Part shown: positions 42,443 to 52,116 of the stretch, piece by piece
Layout: each line of letters begins with the position of its first letter
How positions within the stretch are numbered: position 1 is the first letter of the stretch
DNA from: an uncultured delta proteobacterium
GTDB taxonomy: Bacteria > Desulfobacterota > Desulfomonilia > UBA1062
DNA length: 64,000 nucleotides
Assembly: GCA_963798485.1 (NCBI GenBank)
Contig: CAWCTR010000018.1
Location: forward strand, 1-64,000
Direction of reading: 5' to 3'
Notes under the pieces: generated by a model
Told to the model about the DNA's origin: nothing
The model's input: only the letters and a program-made list of their open reading frames with translations
Databases searched by the model: none
Translations under genes and position numbers: made by a program

Positions 42443-44032
42443 CTAGATGAAGACCTCTTGAACGGAAAGGGCATTCGGCACCTTTCTGATCTTCTCAATG
42501 ACCTTCTTCGGTACTTCGGCATCAACGTTAATAATGATAATGGCCGTGCCATCCTGGCGGTCCCTTCCGAGGAACAACCGCGCGATGTTGATGCCGGCCT
42601 CACCTAGTGCCATGCCGATGTTGCCTACCGTGCCCGGCATGTCTTTATTATAGATCACGAGCATGGTCCCTTCGGGGATCACCTCTATAGCGTAATTATC
42701 GATCCTGACGATCCTGAGGTCGTCCGATTTGAAGACCGAACCGGCCAGAGACCGCGTGCCCTTATCAAACTCTAACGTCATCTCGATGGTGTTGTTGAAG
42801 ATCTCTTCTTTTGAGGACTGGGCCTCCATAAGGTCGATGCCGCGCTCCTTGAGGAGTATCGGGGCATTCACATAGTTGACATCGTCGGCAATGGCCGAAA
42901 GCAGCCCCTTGAGCCCTGCCACGGTCACCGGCTTGGTATCGAAGCCGGCGGCAGCACCTGTGTAATTGATGGTGACCTTCTTGAGCCTATCCGAGATTAC
43001 CTGGCCGATGATCTGGCCCATGAAACGGCCCATCTTCTCAGAAAGCTCGAGATAGGGCTTTACCTTATGGAGCATCTCGGGTGCAACGGAGGGTGCGTTC
43101 ACGGCATTGAGGATGACCCCGTTCTTGAGATAATCCACGATCTGTTCTGCTATGGCAAGGGCCACGTTTTCCTGGGCTTCGTGGGTGGAGGCCCCAAGAT
43201 GGGGCGTGGCAACGACCTTGGGGTGTTTGGGCAGCGACCAGTCCTCAGGCGGTTCCTTCTCGAACACATCGATGGCGGCACCCGCCACCTTGCCTGAATC
43301 CAAGGCCTCGATAAGGGCCTTCTCGTCAACGATCCCGCCGCGGGCGCAATTGATAAGAAACGCCCCCTTCTTCATCTTTGCAAAGGCTTCCTTGCCGAGC
43401 AGGCCTGTAGTCTCCTTTGTCTTGGGGGTGTGTATTGTGATGTAATCAGAACGGGCAAAGAGCGCGTCGAGGCTTGTCGCCGGCTCGATACCCTGCTTTT
43501 CAGCGGCATCCTTGGTGAGGAAGGGGTCGTAGACGATCACGTTCATCTTGAGCCCCTGCGCCCGTGATGCCACTATGGTGCCGACCCTGCCCATGCCGAT
43601 GACGCCGAGTGTCTTACCGGTGACCTCTCTGCCTTCAAGGGCCTTTTTCTCCCACTTGCCGCTCTTCATGAATCCGTCGGCCTGAGGAATATTCCTGGTG
43701 AGCGCCATCATCATGGCAATGGCGTGCTCGCCTGTGGTTATCGTATTGCCGCCGGGTGTGTTCATGACCACGATACCCTGCTTTGAAGCGGCTGCTATGT
43801 CTATATTGTCAACACCTGCACCTGCGCGTCCGATGACTTTCAGGTTCTTCCCTGCTGCAATGATCTCTGCAGTGGCCTTTGTCGCTGACCTGACCACGAG
43901 TGCATCATAATCGCCGATGATTCCTATGAGCTCTTCGGGTTTCAAGCCAGGCTTTACATCAACCGTAAAACCACCGCCCTTAAGGATTTCAACCCCCCCC
44001 TCGGATAGCTTATCGCTCACTAATATCTTCAA
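42443..44032 (-). CDS. serA: D-3-phosphoglycerate dehydrogenase (long type I, ASB+ACT)
   Basis: GRAGAGVDNID, GMGRVG, NCARGG, TPHLGAST; TTG start with AAGGAGG SD. Confidence 0.95.
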   Translation of the reverse strand: MKILVSDKLSEGGVEILKGGGFTVDVKPGLKPEELIGIIGDYDALVVRSATKATAEIIAAGKNLKVIGRAGAGVDNIDIAAASKQGIVVMNTPGGNTITTGEHAIAMMMALTRNIPQADGFMKSGKWEKKALEGREVTGKTLGVIGMGRVGTIVASRAQGLKMNVIVYDPFLTKDAAEKQGIEPATSLDALFARSDYITIHTPKTKETTGLLGKEAFAKMKKGAFLINCARGGIVDEKALIEALDSGKVAGAAIDVFEKEPPEDWSLPKHPKVVATPHLGASTHEAQENVALAIAEQIVDYLKNGVILNAVNAPSVAPEMLHKVKPYLELSEKMGRFMGQIIGQVISDRLKKVTINYTGAAAGFDTKPVTVAGLKGLLSAIADDVNYVNAPILLKERGIDLMEAQSSKEEIFNNTIEMTLEFDKGTRSLAGSVFKSDDLRIVRIDNYAIEVIPEGTMLVIYNKDMPGTVGNIGMALGEAGINIARLFLGRDRQDGTAIIIINVDAEVPKKVIEKIRKVPNALSVQEVFI

Positions 44033-44175
44033 GCCTCCTCCTTAGCCGGAATTACAGGTTCGGAGCACTTTTAACAAATGGTTCTTGAGGTGTCAACCAC
44101 AAGAGAGGAAAGAAGGAAGATCGGCAATTGTGGCCAGCGAACAGCCATCAGTGATGTTATAGCTGTAACTTGATC

Positions 44176-45066
44176 TTAAGTTTTATGAGAATATCGCAAG
44201 CCTATGGGGAGAAGCCTGGAAGCAATCCAGACTGTTACGTAAATCACGCCGAGAAGGACTACGTCCGTCGGACCGATGGGCAGATCCATTTTATATGCTA
44301 TACAGAAACCCAAGAAAGCGATCACGCCGCCGATCAAAGAGGCCAGCACCATAAACTGGTTCATATTGCGAGCAACCATGTGCGCCGTCAGAGCAGGAAT
44401 CAGAAGGAATCCGAATGCGATCAACGGACCGACGCTGAGCACTGCCATTGAAACGGCCAGACCGATCAGTACATAGAGCAGCACGTCCCAGAAAACGACA
44501 TTCTTGTGCTGTATAGTTGCCATCTCGCGGTCGAACGATACAAGGAGCAACTCCTTGTGAAACAGGCCCAGCACGGCGATCACGAGCGTAAGCATTACTG
44601 CCGTCAGCCCGAGATCGAAATTGGAGATGGTGATAACCTCTCCTTTCATCATATCGAGCCAACCGATTTCGCCGTAAGGGTTTTTTGACAGCAACAGGAT
44701 GCTCATCGCGGCGGCCACTACATACGCGGTTCCAAGCCGGCCTTCGGGGTGTCCACGCCCACGTCGTTCTAAAAACGCCAGCATCAGGATCGCGGTCAGT
44801 GAAAATATAATTGAGCCGACAAAGGCGAGCGCGTGCGTGCTGTATAAGCTATGTTCGGACAGATTGAATCCGAGCCACAATGGAAGTGAGAGGGCGATAG
44901 CAACGCCCGTCGAGGAAATCTGAGGCAGCGCCACGCCCATGAACACCAGCCGACGCATAAGAAGAAACACACCGACGAGCGGGCAAGCGAGGCCGACGAG
45001 CACGCTGGTGTATATCGAGTTGCGCAGGAGGAAATCGGGCGAGAGAATCTGATAAAGTGTTTCCAT
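44176..45066 (-). CDS. Zn/Mn-type metal ABC transporter permease (ZnuB-like)
   Basis: ABC-3 permease motifs (GVFLLMRR, KELLLVSFD..A, LLIPA). Confidence 0.88.
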   Translation of the reverse strand: METLYQILSPDFLLRNSIYTSVLVGLACPLVGVFLLMRRLVFMGVALPQISSTGVAIALSLPLWLGFNLSEHSLYSTHALAFVGSIIFSLTAILMLAFLERRGRGHPEGRLGTAYVVAAAMSILLLSKNPYGEIGWLDMMKGEVITISNFDLGLTAVMLTLVIAVLGLFHKELLLVSFDREMATIQHKNVVFWDVLLYVLIGLAVSMAVLSVGPLIAFGFLLIPALTAHMVARNMNQFMVLASLIGGVIAFLGFCIAYKMDLPIGPTDVVLLGVIYVTVWIASRLLPIGLRYSHKT

Positions 45067-45067
45067 G

Positions 45068-45781
45068 TTAGACCATCTCCGTTTCAAACATTTCCGCTAT
45101 CCGTTCAGCGGTAAGCAGCTCAACCGTTGGGCCGTAAATCACCTTGCCCTCATGAATCCAAATAACGTGCTCAGTATAGTGACGTGCCGATGCAAAGTCA
45201 TGAGTGACGAGCAGGACGGTGATCTTTCGTTCCTCGCGAAGCTTTGAAATAAACTCCAGTACTGCTTTCGTCGCTTCACGATCAACTCCCGCGGTGGGTT
45301 CATCCAGCACCAATACTTCGGGGCGCGTGGTCAAAGCACGTGCTATAAGCACGCGTTGTTTCTGGCCGCCGGAGAGTTCGGCAAAGCGCTGGTGGGCAAA
45401 TTCTTCGACACCCGCCGCATGCAGGCATTCGCGTGTGAATGCGCGCTCGACCCTGGGTACGATGCGACCCGGCCGCACACGTCCGTATACGCCCATAAGG
45501 GCGACGTCGAACCCCGTGAGCAGATAAATCGGGTCGAACTGAGTAGCTTGAGGAACGTAACCGAACACGAGCGGTGCACCTGAGGATGTGGTATTGATGC
45601 GCCCCGCGATTGGCGGAAGCAATCCAAGCACTGTCTTTAACAGTGTCGATTTGCCTGAACCATTGGCGCCGAGAATGGAGGTGAAACTGGCACGGTCAAT
45701 AGAGAGGGAAATGCCGGACAGCACCGGCTGGCTGTTGTAACCGATACTCACATTGTCCAGTGTGATGAGTGCCTTATTCAT
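45068..45781 (-). CDS. Metal ABC transporter ATP-binding protein (ZnuC-like)
   Basis: GANGSGKST, LSGGQKQR, LDEPTAGVD, VTHD. Confidence 0.9.
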   Translation of the reverse strand: MNKALITLDNVSIGYNSQPVLSGISLSIDRASFTSILGANGSGKSTLLKTVLGLLPPIAGRINTTSSGAPLVFGYVPQATQFDPIYLLTGFDVALMGVYGRVRPGRIVPRVERAFTRECLHAAGVEEFAHQRFAELSGGQKQRVLIARALTTRPEVLVLDEPTAGVDREATKAVLEFISKLREERKITVLLVTHDFASARHYTEHVIWIHEGKVIYGPTVELLTAERIAEMFETEMV

Positions 45782-45833
45782 AGTATTTTGTGTGTCCGCC
45801 CTGTAAATCCGGGCGGACACATTCTCCCTATAC

Positions 45834-46766
45834 TTATTTTGTTGTTTGTGCGGCAGCAACCAGTGCGTGGATAATGTAGTCCATCATCTTGATGTACGTT
45901 TCCGTATGCGGTACGCCGCCCGGCATGATGGGAAGCGTTATCATGGTTGCACCGGTCTGTTCGGCGATCCGTTTCGGCACCTTTTCAGGAAACTGGGGCT
46001 CGTGCACAACCACAGGAACATGTTCGGCCTTCATCGCCGTAACCAATTCCTGGATGTAACGCGGGGTCGGATCAATGCCCGGCCTCACTTCTATCGTGCC
46101 AAAATAGTTCAAGCCGAAGCGTGCCGCGAAGTATGGCCAATGCTCGTGATAGGATACGAACTTCGTCCCCTTGAGCGGTTTGACTGCTTTCTCCCATTCG
46201 GTAATCTTTGCGTTAAGTTTGGCTAAATACACGTCGCGGTTGAGAGTGAATTCCGCTTGATGCTGTGGGGAGAACGCCACCAGCGCGTTATAGATGTTCT
46301 CGATCGCGGTCTTTGCCAATACCGGATCGAGTATGTAGTGCGGGTTACCATAGGGATGAACATCTCCTTCGGAATGATCGGTTGATTTGGGCACATCGCG
46401 TGGGATGATCCCCTTGGAGCAGTCAACATAACCGGGCTTGTTTATCTGGATGCGCGGGTTTTTGCTGGCCTCAAGGAGAGCGGGAAGGAAGGCATGCTCG
46501 CAATCAAACCCTACCAGGATCATCAGGTCTGCCCGGTTCATCATCGGTACGAAGCTCGGTTTCATCGGTACCCCGTGCGTGTCTTCGACTCCGGTGGCGA
46601 GGCTGTTGACCTCGACCAGGTCCCCACCCACGGCACGCGTAAAATCCGCCAGGTCGGTAAGAGTTGTAACGACGCGGATCTTCACGGCGTGAGCGGGCCT
46701 CGCCCACCCGCACAGTACAACGGTGAGCGCAATGATCAATACGAGACTATATAATTTAGATTTCAT
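45834..46766 (-). CDS. Metal ABC transporter substrate-binding protein (ZnuA/TroA-like)
   Basis: Signal peptide; EDTH, GDVHPYGNPHY, YHEHW; AAGGAGG SD. Confidence 0.9.
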   Translation of the reverse strand: MKSKLYSLVLIIALTVVLCGWARPAHAVKIRVVTTLTDLADFTRAVGGDLVEVNSLATGVEDTHGVPMKPSFVPMMNRADLMILVGFDCEHAFLPALLEASKNPRIQINKPGYVDCSKGIIPRDVPKSTDHSEGDVHPYGNPHYILDPVLAKTAIENIYNALVAFSPQHQAEFTLNRDVYLAKLNAKITEWEKAVKPLKGTKFVSYHEHWPYFAARFGLNYFGTIEVRPGIDPTPRYIQELVTAMKAEHVPVVVHEPQFPEKVPKRIAEQTGATMITLPIMPGGVPHTETYIKMMDYIIHALVAAAQTTK

Positions 46767-46779
46767 GTTGGATTCCTCC

Positions 46780-48201
46780 TTAGCGTTGCTGCCAACCATG
46801 TGAGTGTGAACCGATAATCCACGCCCATTGCAGATAAACTGCATTATCGGCGGGCATGCCGGACACGGCATTGTGATCGGTGTGTGTGTACTGAAGGCGT
46901 ATTTGGCTCCAGTGACTCACCGTCCAGGTGATGTACGGAGAGTAGGCATAGGTTTTGTCTTGCTTATTCAACTGGTTCTCTACATATTCATACATAAACC
47001 CGGTTGACCACTGCCGATGGAACTTGTACGTGAGATATGTATAGAGGCCTAAGGAACCGACTGTTTCACTGGGGAGGGCGTTCCCCGATGGGTCGGTTAC
47101 GTCATAGCGATTATCGCTGTAGAGTACTTCAGTGCCCCAGGTGAGGCTCTCGAACTGATTGTTGCGCAGCGGCTTATAGCTCAGCACCAGGTCCGCTCCA
47201 CCAAGGCGACGCTCCCGCTCGGTGAAGGTGTTGCCTGCTTCTGTAGGAAGCGGAGGATTAACCCCGCCTGGGTCGGCCCACTGTGCAGCCGTTTTTGGAT
47301 TCCACAGACCTGAAATACCGGGTTCGAGTGAGATATCGGGAGTCAGGTCGAAATATGTGGAGAAGCGGCTCCAATAATTCAACCCGCTGCCGTAACGGAA
47401 ATCGCCCACAGAGTTTGGCGGATTGTCCCCGCCGAACTGATCGCCTGCGCCCACGGTAAGGCTCACATAGTGCTCGACCGGCAACAGCCAGTTAAGCTGT
47501 AAGCCGTCCGTCCTCGATTCACCGCCGATGTATTCGGAGAGCACCAGCGGGCGGTTGACGAACGGCAGTTCATGATCGTGGATATACCCCAGCCGGCCGA
47601 ACTCACCGAAGAACCGCCCTGCCTTAAGCTCCAGGTTCCACGGCAGAGCTGTCGTCTGCAGTGCTGCCTCTTCGACACCTAAAGCCGCTTCGCCGGTAAC
47701 CGGGTCGGCTGATGCGTTGATCACCGTATAGGCCTTGGCAAATGGGTCCACCGCCGCGGCTGCGTTCAATTCAACCGAACGTTGGAACACATCGTACCCA
47801 CCGGGACGGTCGTTCCCCGTCTGCGTCGATCCCTTGTCGTTATAACTGAAGATTGTCTCACCCACGAGCCCGATAGCGGGATTGAAAATGCCCGGGGAAG
47901 TCCTTGTCTGCGCTTCGGCTATCTGCTCCACCTTCTCCTTCAGTTCTTGTACCTGCTGCTGCATATCGCCGGATGGCGCCGTCTGATCGGCAGCGGCGCC
48001 CTTAGGTTGCGCGGATGATTGGCCTTGCTTGATTTCCTCTTTCAACTCTTCGATCAGCCTGCGCTGATCCTCAATGGTCTTAGTCTGCTCATTTATTGCC
48101 TTTTCCAGCATGTTGACGCGCTCTTCCATATCCTGAGCATATGCGGATAACCCGAATGCGCACAACACGGCCGTAAAGATAAAACATCGGAAAAGTTTCA
48201 T
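46780..48201 (-). CDS. Predicted outer-membrane beta-barrel protein associated with metal uptake
   Basis: Signal peptide, N-terminal coiled coil, FNPAIGL, FGRL...HDH, C-terminal GSHSH. Confidence 0.7.
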   Translation of the reverse strand: MKLFRCFIFTAVLCAFGLSAYAQDMEERVNMLEKAINEQTKTIEDQRRLIEELKEEIKQGQSSAQPKGAAADQTAPSGDMQQQVQELKEKVEQIAEAQTRTSPGIFNPAIGLVGETIFSYNDKGSTQTGNDRPGGYDVFQRSVELNAAAAVDPFAKAYTVINASADPVTGEAALGVEEAALQTTALPWNLELKAGRFFGEFGRLGYIHDHELPFVNRPLVLSEYIGGESRTDGLQLNWLLPVEHYVSLTVGAGDQFGGDNPPNSVGDFRYGSGLNYWSRFSTYFDLTPDISLEPGISGLWNPKTAAQWADPGGVNPPLPTEAGNTFTERERRLGGADLVLSYKPLRNNQFESLTWGTEVLYSDNRYDVTDPSGNALPSETVGSLGLYTYLTYKFHRQWSTGFMYEYVENQLNKQDKTYAYSPYITWTVSHWSQIRLQYTHTDHNAVSGMPADNAVYLQWAWIIGSHSHGWQQR

Positions 48202-48427
48202 AACTCCTCCAGGAGAACTGAATTATTACTGCGCGAAGATACAAGTCTCTCGTCGCATCTGTGGTACATGGAAGACGCACGAGAAGACGGCCCGGCTATA
48301 ATCAGGTCTCTATCCTAGTGGTGGTCGTCATAAATCATGCAACGTATACAAAGTGGATCCAACCCAGGGTGCCTTTATAGAATGGTGCAGTATTTATGGC
48401 ACACTACACTAGATTGAGTTGTGGAGT

Positions 48428-48691
48428 TCAGGCCGGAGGGGCGCGGTTTTGGATGAGGGAATAGGAGGTTATAGGAATAACGGCTAATAGTGGTCGTGCA
48501 ATGACAGTTCCTGTAAGTTCTACTTGAATTTCACAAGGAGTAAAAGAAAGCCCGGTATCGGACTGATGAAGGATAGCAAAGCAGATGGAGCACTCGGGAT
48601 GGTCGGCACAATCGCTATGGTGATGGAACGTGGACCCCAGGGAGGAAAGAAGCAGGAGACAGGCAAAGAATAATGAAAGTCGCTTAAACAT
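48428..48691 (-). CDS. DUF2946/CruR-like leader protein with HHH, CxxC and C-terminal RAPP
   Basis: Hydrophobic N-terminus, FHHHSDCADHPECSIC, ends NRAPPA*. Confidence 0.75.
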   Translation of the reverse strand: MFKRLSLFFACLLLLSSLGSTFHHHSDCADHPECSICFAILHQSDTGLSFTPCEIQVELTGTVIARPLLAVIPITSYSLIQNRAPPA

Positions 48692-48791
48692 CTTTCCGCT
48701 TAATCCATCATTCCTATTTGCTTGTCAATGATGGAGTGGAATATAACCAAAAGTAACAATAGGCACTATGTCGCTAGTGCTTGTTCACTGT

Positions 48792-50243
48792 TCATTTCCC
48801 GGCCATATGCCTCAACAGGGCCGACAGGTAATCCCAGAATCGTTCCACGCTCTCAATATTCACCCGTTCATTGGGTGAGTGGGGCTGCTCGATGGTGGGG
48901 CCGAACGAGATCATATCGAGTCCTTTGATTTGTTCACCGATTACGGCGCACTCCAATCCTGCGTGGATTATTTTCACCTTCGGCTCGTTGTGTAAGAGCT
49001 CTTGGTAGAGACCGGTGCACGTCTTCAGGATGGGAGAAGACAGGTCCGGCCTCCATGCAGGGTAGGAATTGCCTTTATTGACCCGGCAGCCTGCAAGCTC
49101 ACCCACCGAGGCCACCTGTGACGCCATGTCGTGAAGTGCGCTTTGGGTGATGCTCCTCTGGCTGGTGGTAACCACGAAATTGTCGAGCTTGAACGAACAG
49201 ACCGCTAAGTTCGTTGAGGTGACCACGGTGTTGTCGAGCCTCGGGTCGATCTTTAAGGGTCCATGGGGCAGGGCCTGGAGGAGGTTGATGATCTTTGCCG
49301 TATCCTCGGGTTCTACTACCCTGGGGGCGCTTTGGTCCAACTCCTCAAGTGTGAGTGCAACGCCGTCATCAACATGGTTGTACTCGGACCTGAAGATATT
49401 GTTCCAATGAACCGCCTCCTGCCTCAGCGCGTCTATGTTGGGCCTTCCCACATGAATGACCGCCTCGGCCTCGCGCGGGATGGCGTTATGTTTGTTGCCT
49501 CCCTTGATGGATACAAGGTGGAACCCGTAGGCCGCATAGGTGGAATGGAGGAACCTGTTGAGCAGCTTGATGGCGTTCGCCAGGCCCTGGTGGATATCAA
49601 CACCCGAATGACCGCCCCTGAGCCCGGTTATCTTGACAGCCACAGGGACGGTATTTTCAGGGACTGTCATGAAATCAGGTTCAAGGATGAGTTCCGTATC
49701 CATGCCCCCTGCACACCCGATGAAGAAGGTTCCCTCCTCCTCTGAATCAAGGTTGAGGAGGGTAGAGGCGCCAAATGAGCTGCGTGAGAGATTGTATGCA
49801 CCGGTGAGGCCGGTCTCTTCCTCTGCGGTGAAGAGAAGATCGAGGTTGGGGTGGATTAGGCGAGCGTCTTCCATGATAGCAAGCATGGCCGCCACCCCGA
49901 TGCCATTGTCAGCCCCTAACGTAGTGCCTTTTGCCCTGATCCAGGAGCCATCCCGCACGAGGAGGATCGGGTCGGTGGTGAAATCATGTTCGGTATCCCG
50001 GTCTTTTTCGCATACCATGTCCGTATGCGATTGTAAGGCGATCGCGGCGAAGCCCTTGACACCCGGCTTTCTCACAATGACATTACGGACCTCATCCAAT
50101 CGGCAGTCCAGCCCCAGGGTCTTGGCCTTGCTGAGGATATATTCAGACACTTGAGATTCATTGCCTGACTCGCGCGGTATCCGGGAGATCTCCCGGAAGT
50201 TACGCCAGAGACCCTGTGGATTAAGACCTTGAATAACCTTCAT
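48792..50243 (-). CDS. pepD: Aminoacyl-histidine dipeptidase (M20)
   Basis: QSHTDMVCEK, TTLGADNGIG, EETGL, NLDSEE, GGHSG, IHAGLEC. Confidence 0.95.
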   Translation of the reverse strand: MKVIQGLNPQGLWRNFREISRIPRESGNESQVSEYILSKAKTLGLDCRLDEVRNVIVRKPGVKGFAAIALQSHTDMVCEKDRDTEHDFTTDPILLVRDGSWIRAKGTTLGADNGIGVAAMLAIMEDARLIHPNLDLLFTAEEETGLTGAYNLSRSSFGASTLLNLDSEEEGTFFIGCAGGMDTELILEPDFMTVPENTVPVAVKITGLRGGHSGVDIHQGLANAIKLLNRFLHSTYAAYGFHLVSIKGGNKHNAIPREAEAVIHVGRPNIDALRQEAVHWNNIFRSEYNHVDDGVALTLEELDQSAPRVVEPEDTAKIINLLQALPHGPLKIDPRLDNTVVTSTNLAVCSFKLDNFVVTTSQRSITQSALHDMASQVASVGELAGCRVNKGNSYPAWRPDLSSPILKTCTGLYQELLHNEPKVKIIHAGLECAVIGEQIKGLDMISFGPTIEQPHSPNERVNIESVERFWDYLSALLRHMAGK

Positions 50244-50340
50244 ATCTTAAATAAGGCCCACCCTCACGGAAGCCCTTCAATAAAAAACCATGCCCCTAAA
50301 AGGACTACAAGGTTTTCGGTGTGCGCTGAAATATCATTGA

Positions 50341-50367
50341 ACCGGGGCAGGAGAGACCTGCCCCGGT
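50341..50367 (-). terminator. Hairpin downstream of the csp gene
   Basis: ACCGGGGCAGG-AGAGA-CCTGCCCCGGT perfect stem; U-tract is weak. Confidence 0.6.
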
Positions 50368-50373
50368 AGAAGA

Positions 50374-50574
50374 TTACAGCTTCATTACATTTGATGCCTG
50401 CGGACCTTTGGGCCCGTCGGTTACCTCGAAGGTAACCTTTTCTCCCTCTGTAAGTGTCTTAAAACCATCCCCCTTGATTGCCGAATAGTGGACAAAAACA
50501 TCGCTGCCGCTATCCTGAGTGATGAAACCAAACCCCTTTTTTTCGTTGAACCACTTTACTGTTCCTGTAGCCAT
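50374..50574 (-). CDS. csp: Cold-shock protein
   Basis: [24 protein letters not shown]. Confidence 0.97.
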   Translation of the reverse strand: MATGTVKWFNEKKGFGFITQDSGSDVFVHYSAIKGDGFKTLTEGEKVTFEVTDGPKGPQASNVMKL

Positions 50575-50730
50575 TCATACCTCCGTTCTTTTGGGCCCGC
50601 TCCCTTGGCAAGAGGGTCTTGACCCTGGTGTTAATGTCTGGGAAAGGGGTATTATCAAAAATCCGTGGGAAAACTTATTTTGGGTTTTACCGCGGTATAA
50701 TATGATAATATCCATAATCCAGGCATTCTT

Positions 50731-50759
50731 AGTGTAATTATTATCGACGTATCTGTCAA
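50731..50759 (-). promoter_or_regulatory. Sigma70-type promoter of csp (long 5' UTR)
   Basis: TTGACA-N17-TACACT on the minus strand. Confidence 0.65.
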
Positions 50760-50787
50760 GAAGCATCAATAAAAAAATTGTTAAAGA

Positions 50788-52116
50788 TCATAAAATGATC
50801 ATTCCTAGGATGTCTGCGAGAGAATTCTTCCATGCGGTGAATGCCAGCAATGCCCTCTCGCTCCTTGCCTCTGAGCGCCTGTTCTTCGGTACATCAGGCA
50901 CGGCCATGATACCGAAATTGATGTTCATAGGCTGGAAGACCTCTATTGTACAATCGGTTATATAATGCGTCAGTGCCCCCAGCGCCGTCTCCGTGCCGGG
51001 GGGGTGGAATGGCTTGCCCTTGATTTTTCCGAGCAGGGAGATGCCTGCAAGGATGCCGGTGGCGGCTGATTCCATATAACCCTCTACACCCATGATCTGG
51101 CCGGCGAGATATGTGTTTGAAAGGCCCGACATGCTTAAGTCAGATCCGATAATCCGAGGTGAGTCCAGATAGGTGTTCCGGTGGATGCTCCCATATCGCA
51201 GGTACCTGGCGGATGAAAGCGCAGGGATAAGCCCAATGATCCGCTTCTGCTCAGCATAGGTAAGGCGGGTCTGAAAACCCACCATGGTATAGGCATTACC
51301 CATGAGGTTCTCTTTGCGCAGCTGAACCACGGCATAGGGCCTTTTTAGGGTTGAGTGGTCCTTCAGACCTATGGGCCTCATAGGTCCGAAACGCAAGGCA
51401 TCCGTGCCTCTTGAAGCGAGCACTTCTATGGGCAGGCATGCCTCGAAGAATCGGGCATCCTCAAATTCATGGGAGTGTACTTTGTCCGCCTTCAGGAGCT
51501 CTTCCATAAACTTCTTGTACTGTTCCTCATCGAGGGGGCAGTTGAGATAGTCCGGATTGTCATTTGACCACCGGGCCCCGAAAAATGCATGGCCCATGTC
51601 TATGCTGTCGGCATCAATAATGGGGGAGATGGCGTCATAGAAGAATAACCGGCTGCTGCCTGTCAGGGAGGCAAGATCCTGTGCCAAGGCATCTGAAGTC
51701 AGCGGCCCGGTGGCAATGATGGTGGGGTAATCTATCTCGATCGTTTTTACTTCTTGGCGCTTGACGGTAATCAGCGGTTGAGCAGTAATATATTCGGTAA
51801 TCTGCGAGGCGAAGGCTGCCCGGTCAACGGCCAGTGCCTTTCCTGCAGGGACGCATGTCTTGCCGGCAATAGACAGGACGATGGAACCAAGCGTTTGCAT
51901 TTCACGCTTTAAAATGCCGTGGGCGGTCATGGGGTCGATACCCTTGAATGAGTTGCTGCATACGAGCTCGGCCAGCAAATCTGTCTTGTGTGCTGGGGTC
52001 ATCAAACCCGGGCGCATCTCGAACAGATCTACCTGCACCCCGCCCTTGGCCAGGACATGCGCCGCTTCAACCCCGGCCAGCCCCCCTCCGATGACACGGG
52101 CTTTAGGAAAGGGCAT
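50788..52116 (-). CDS. trmFO: Folate/FAD-dependent tRNA (uracil-54) methyltransferase
   Basis: GGGLAG.EAA, AELVCSNS, FFYDAISP, AGQI.GVEGY. Confidence 0.95.
   Translation of the reverse strand: MPFPKARVIGGGLAGVEAAHVLAKGGVQVDLFEMRPGLMTPAHKTDLLAELVCSNSFKGIDPMTAHGILKREMQTLGSIVLSIAGKTCVPAGKALAVDRAAFASQITEYITAQPLITVKRQEVKTIEIDYPTIIATGPLTSDALAQDLASLTGSSRLFFYDAISPIIDADSIDMGHAFFGARWSNDNPDYLNCPLDEEQYKKFMEELLKADKVHSHEFEDARFFEACLPIEVLASRGTDALRFGPMRPIGLKDHSTLKRPYAVVQLRKENLMGNAYTMVGFQTRLTYAEQKRIIGLIPALSSARYLRYGSIHRNTYLDSPRIIGSDLSMSGLSNTYLAGQIMGVEGYMESAATGILAGISLLGKIKGKPFHPPGTETALGALTHYITDCTIEVFQPMNINFGIMAVPDVPKNRRSEARSERALLAFTAWKNSLADILGMIIL

Noticed and set aside
48750-48785. Zur/NikR box upstream of the RAPP leader
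   Set aside because: Only a short GCACTA/TAGTGC palindrome; no convincing match to a consensus I can state
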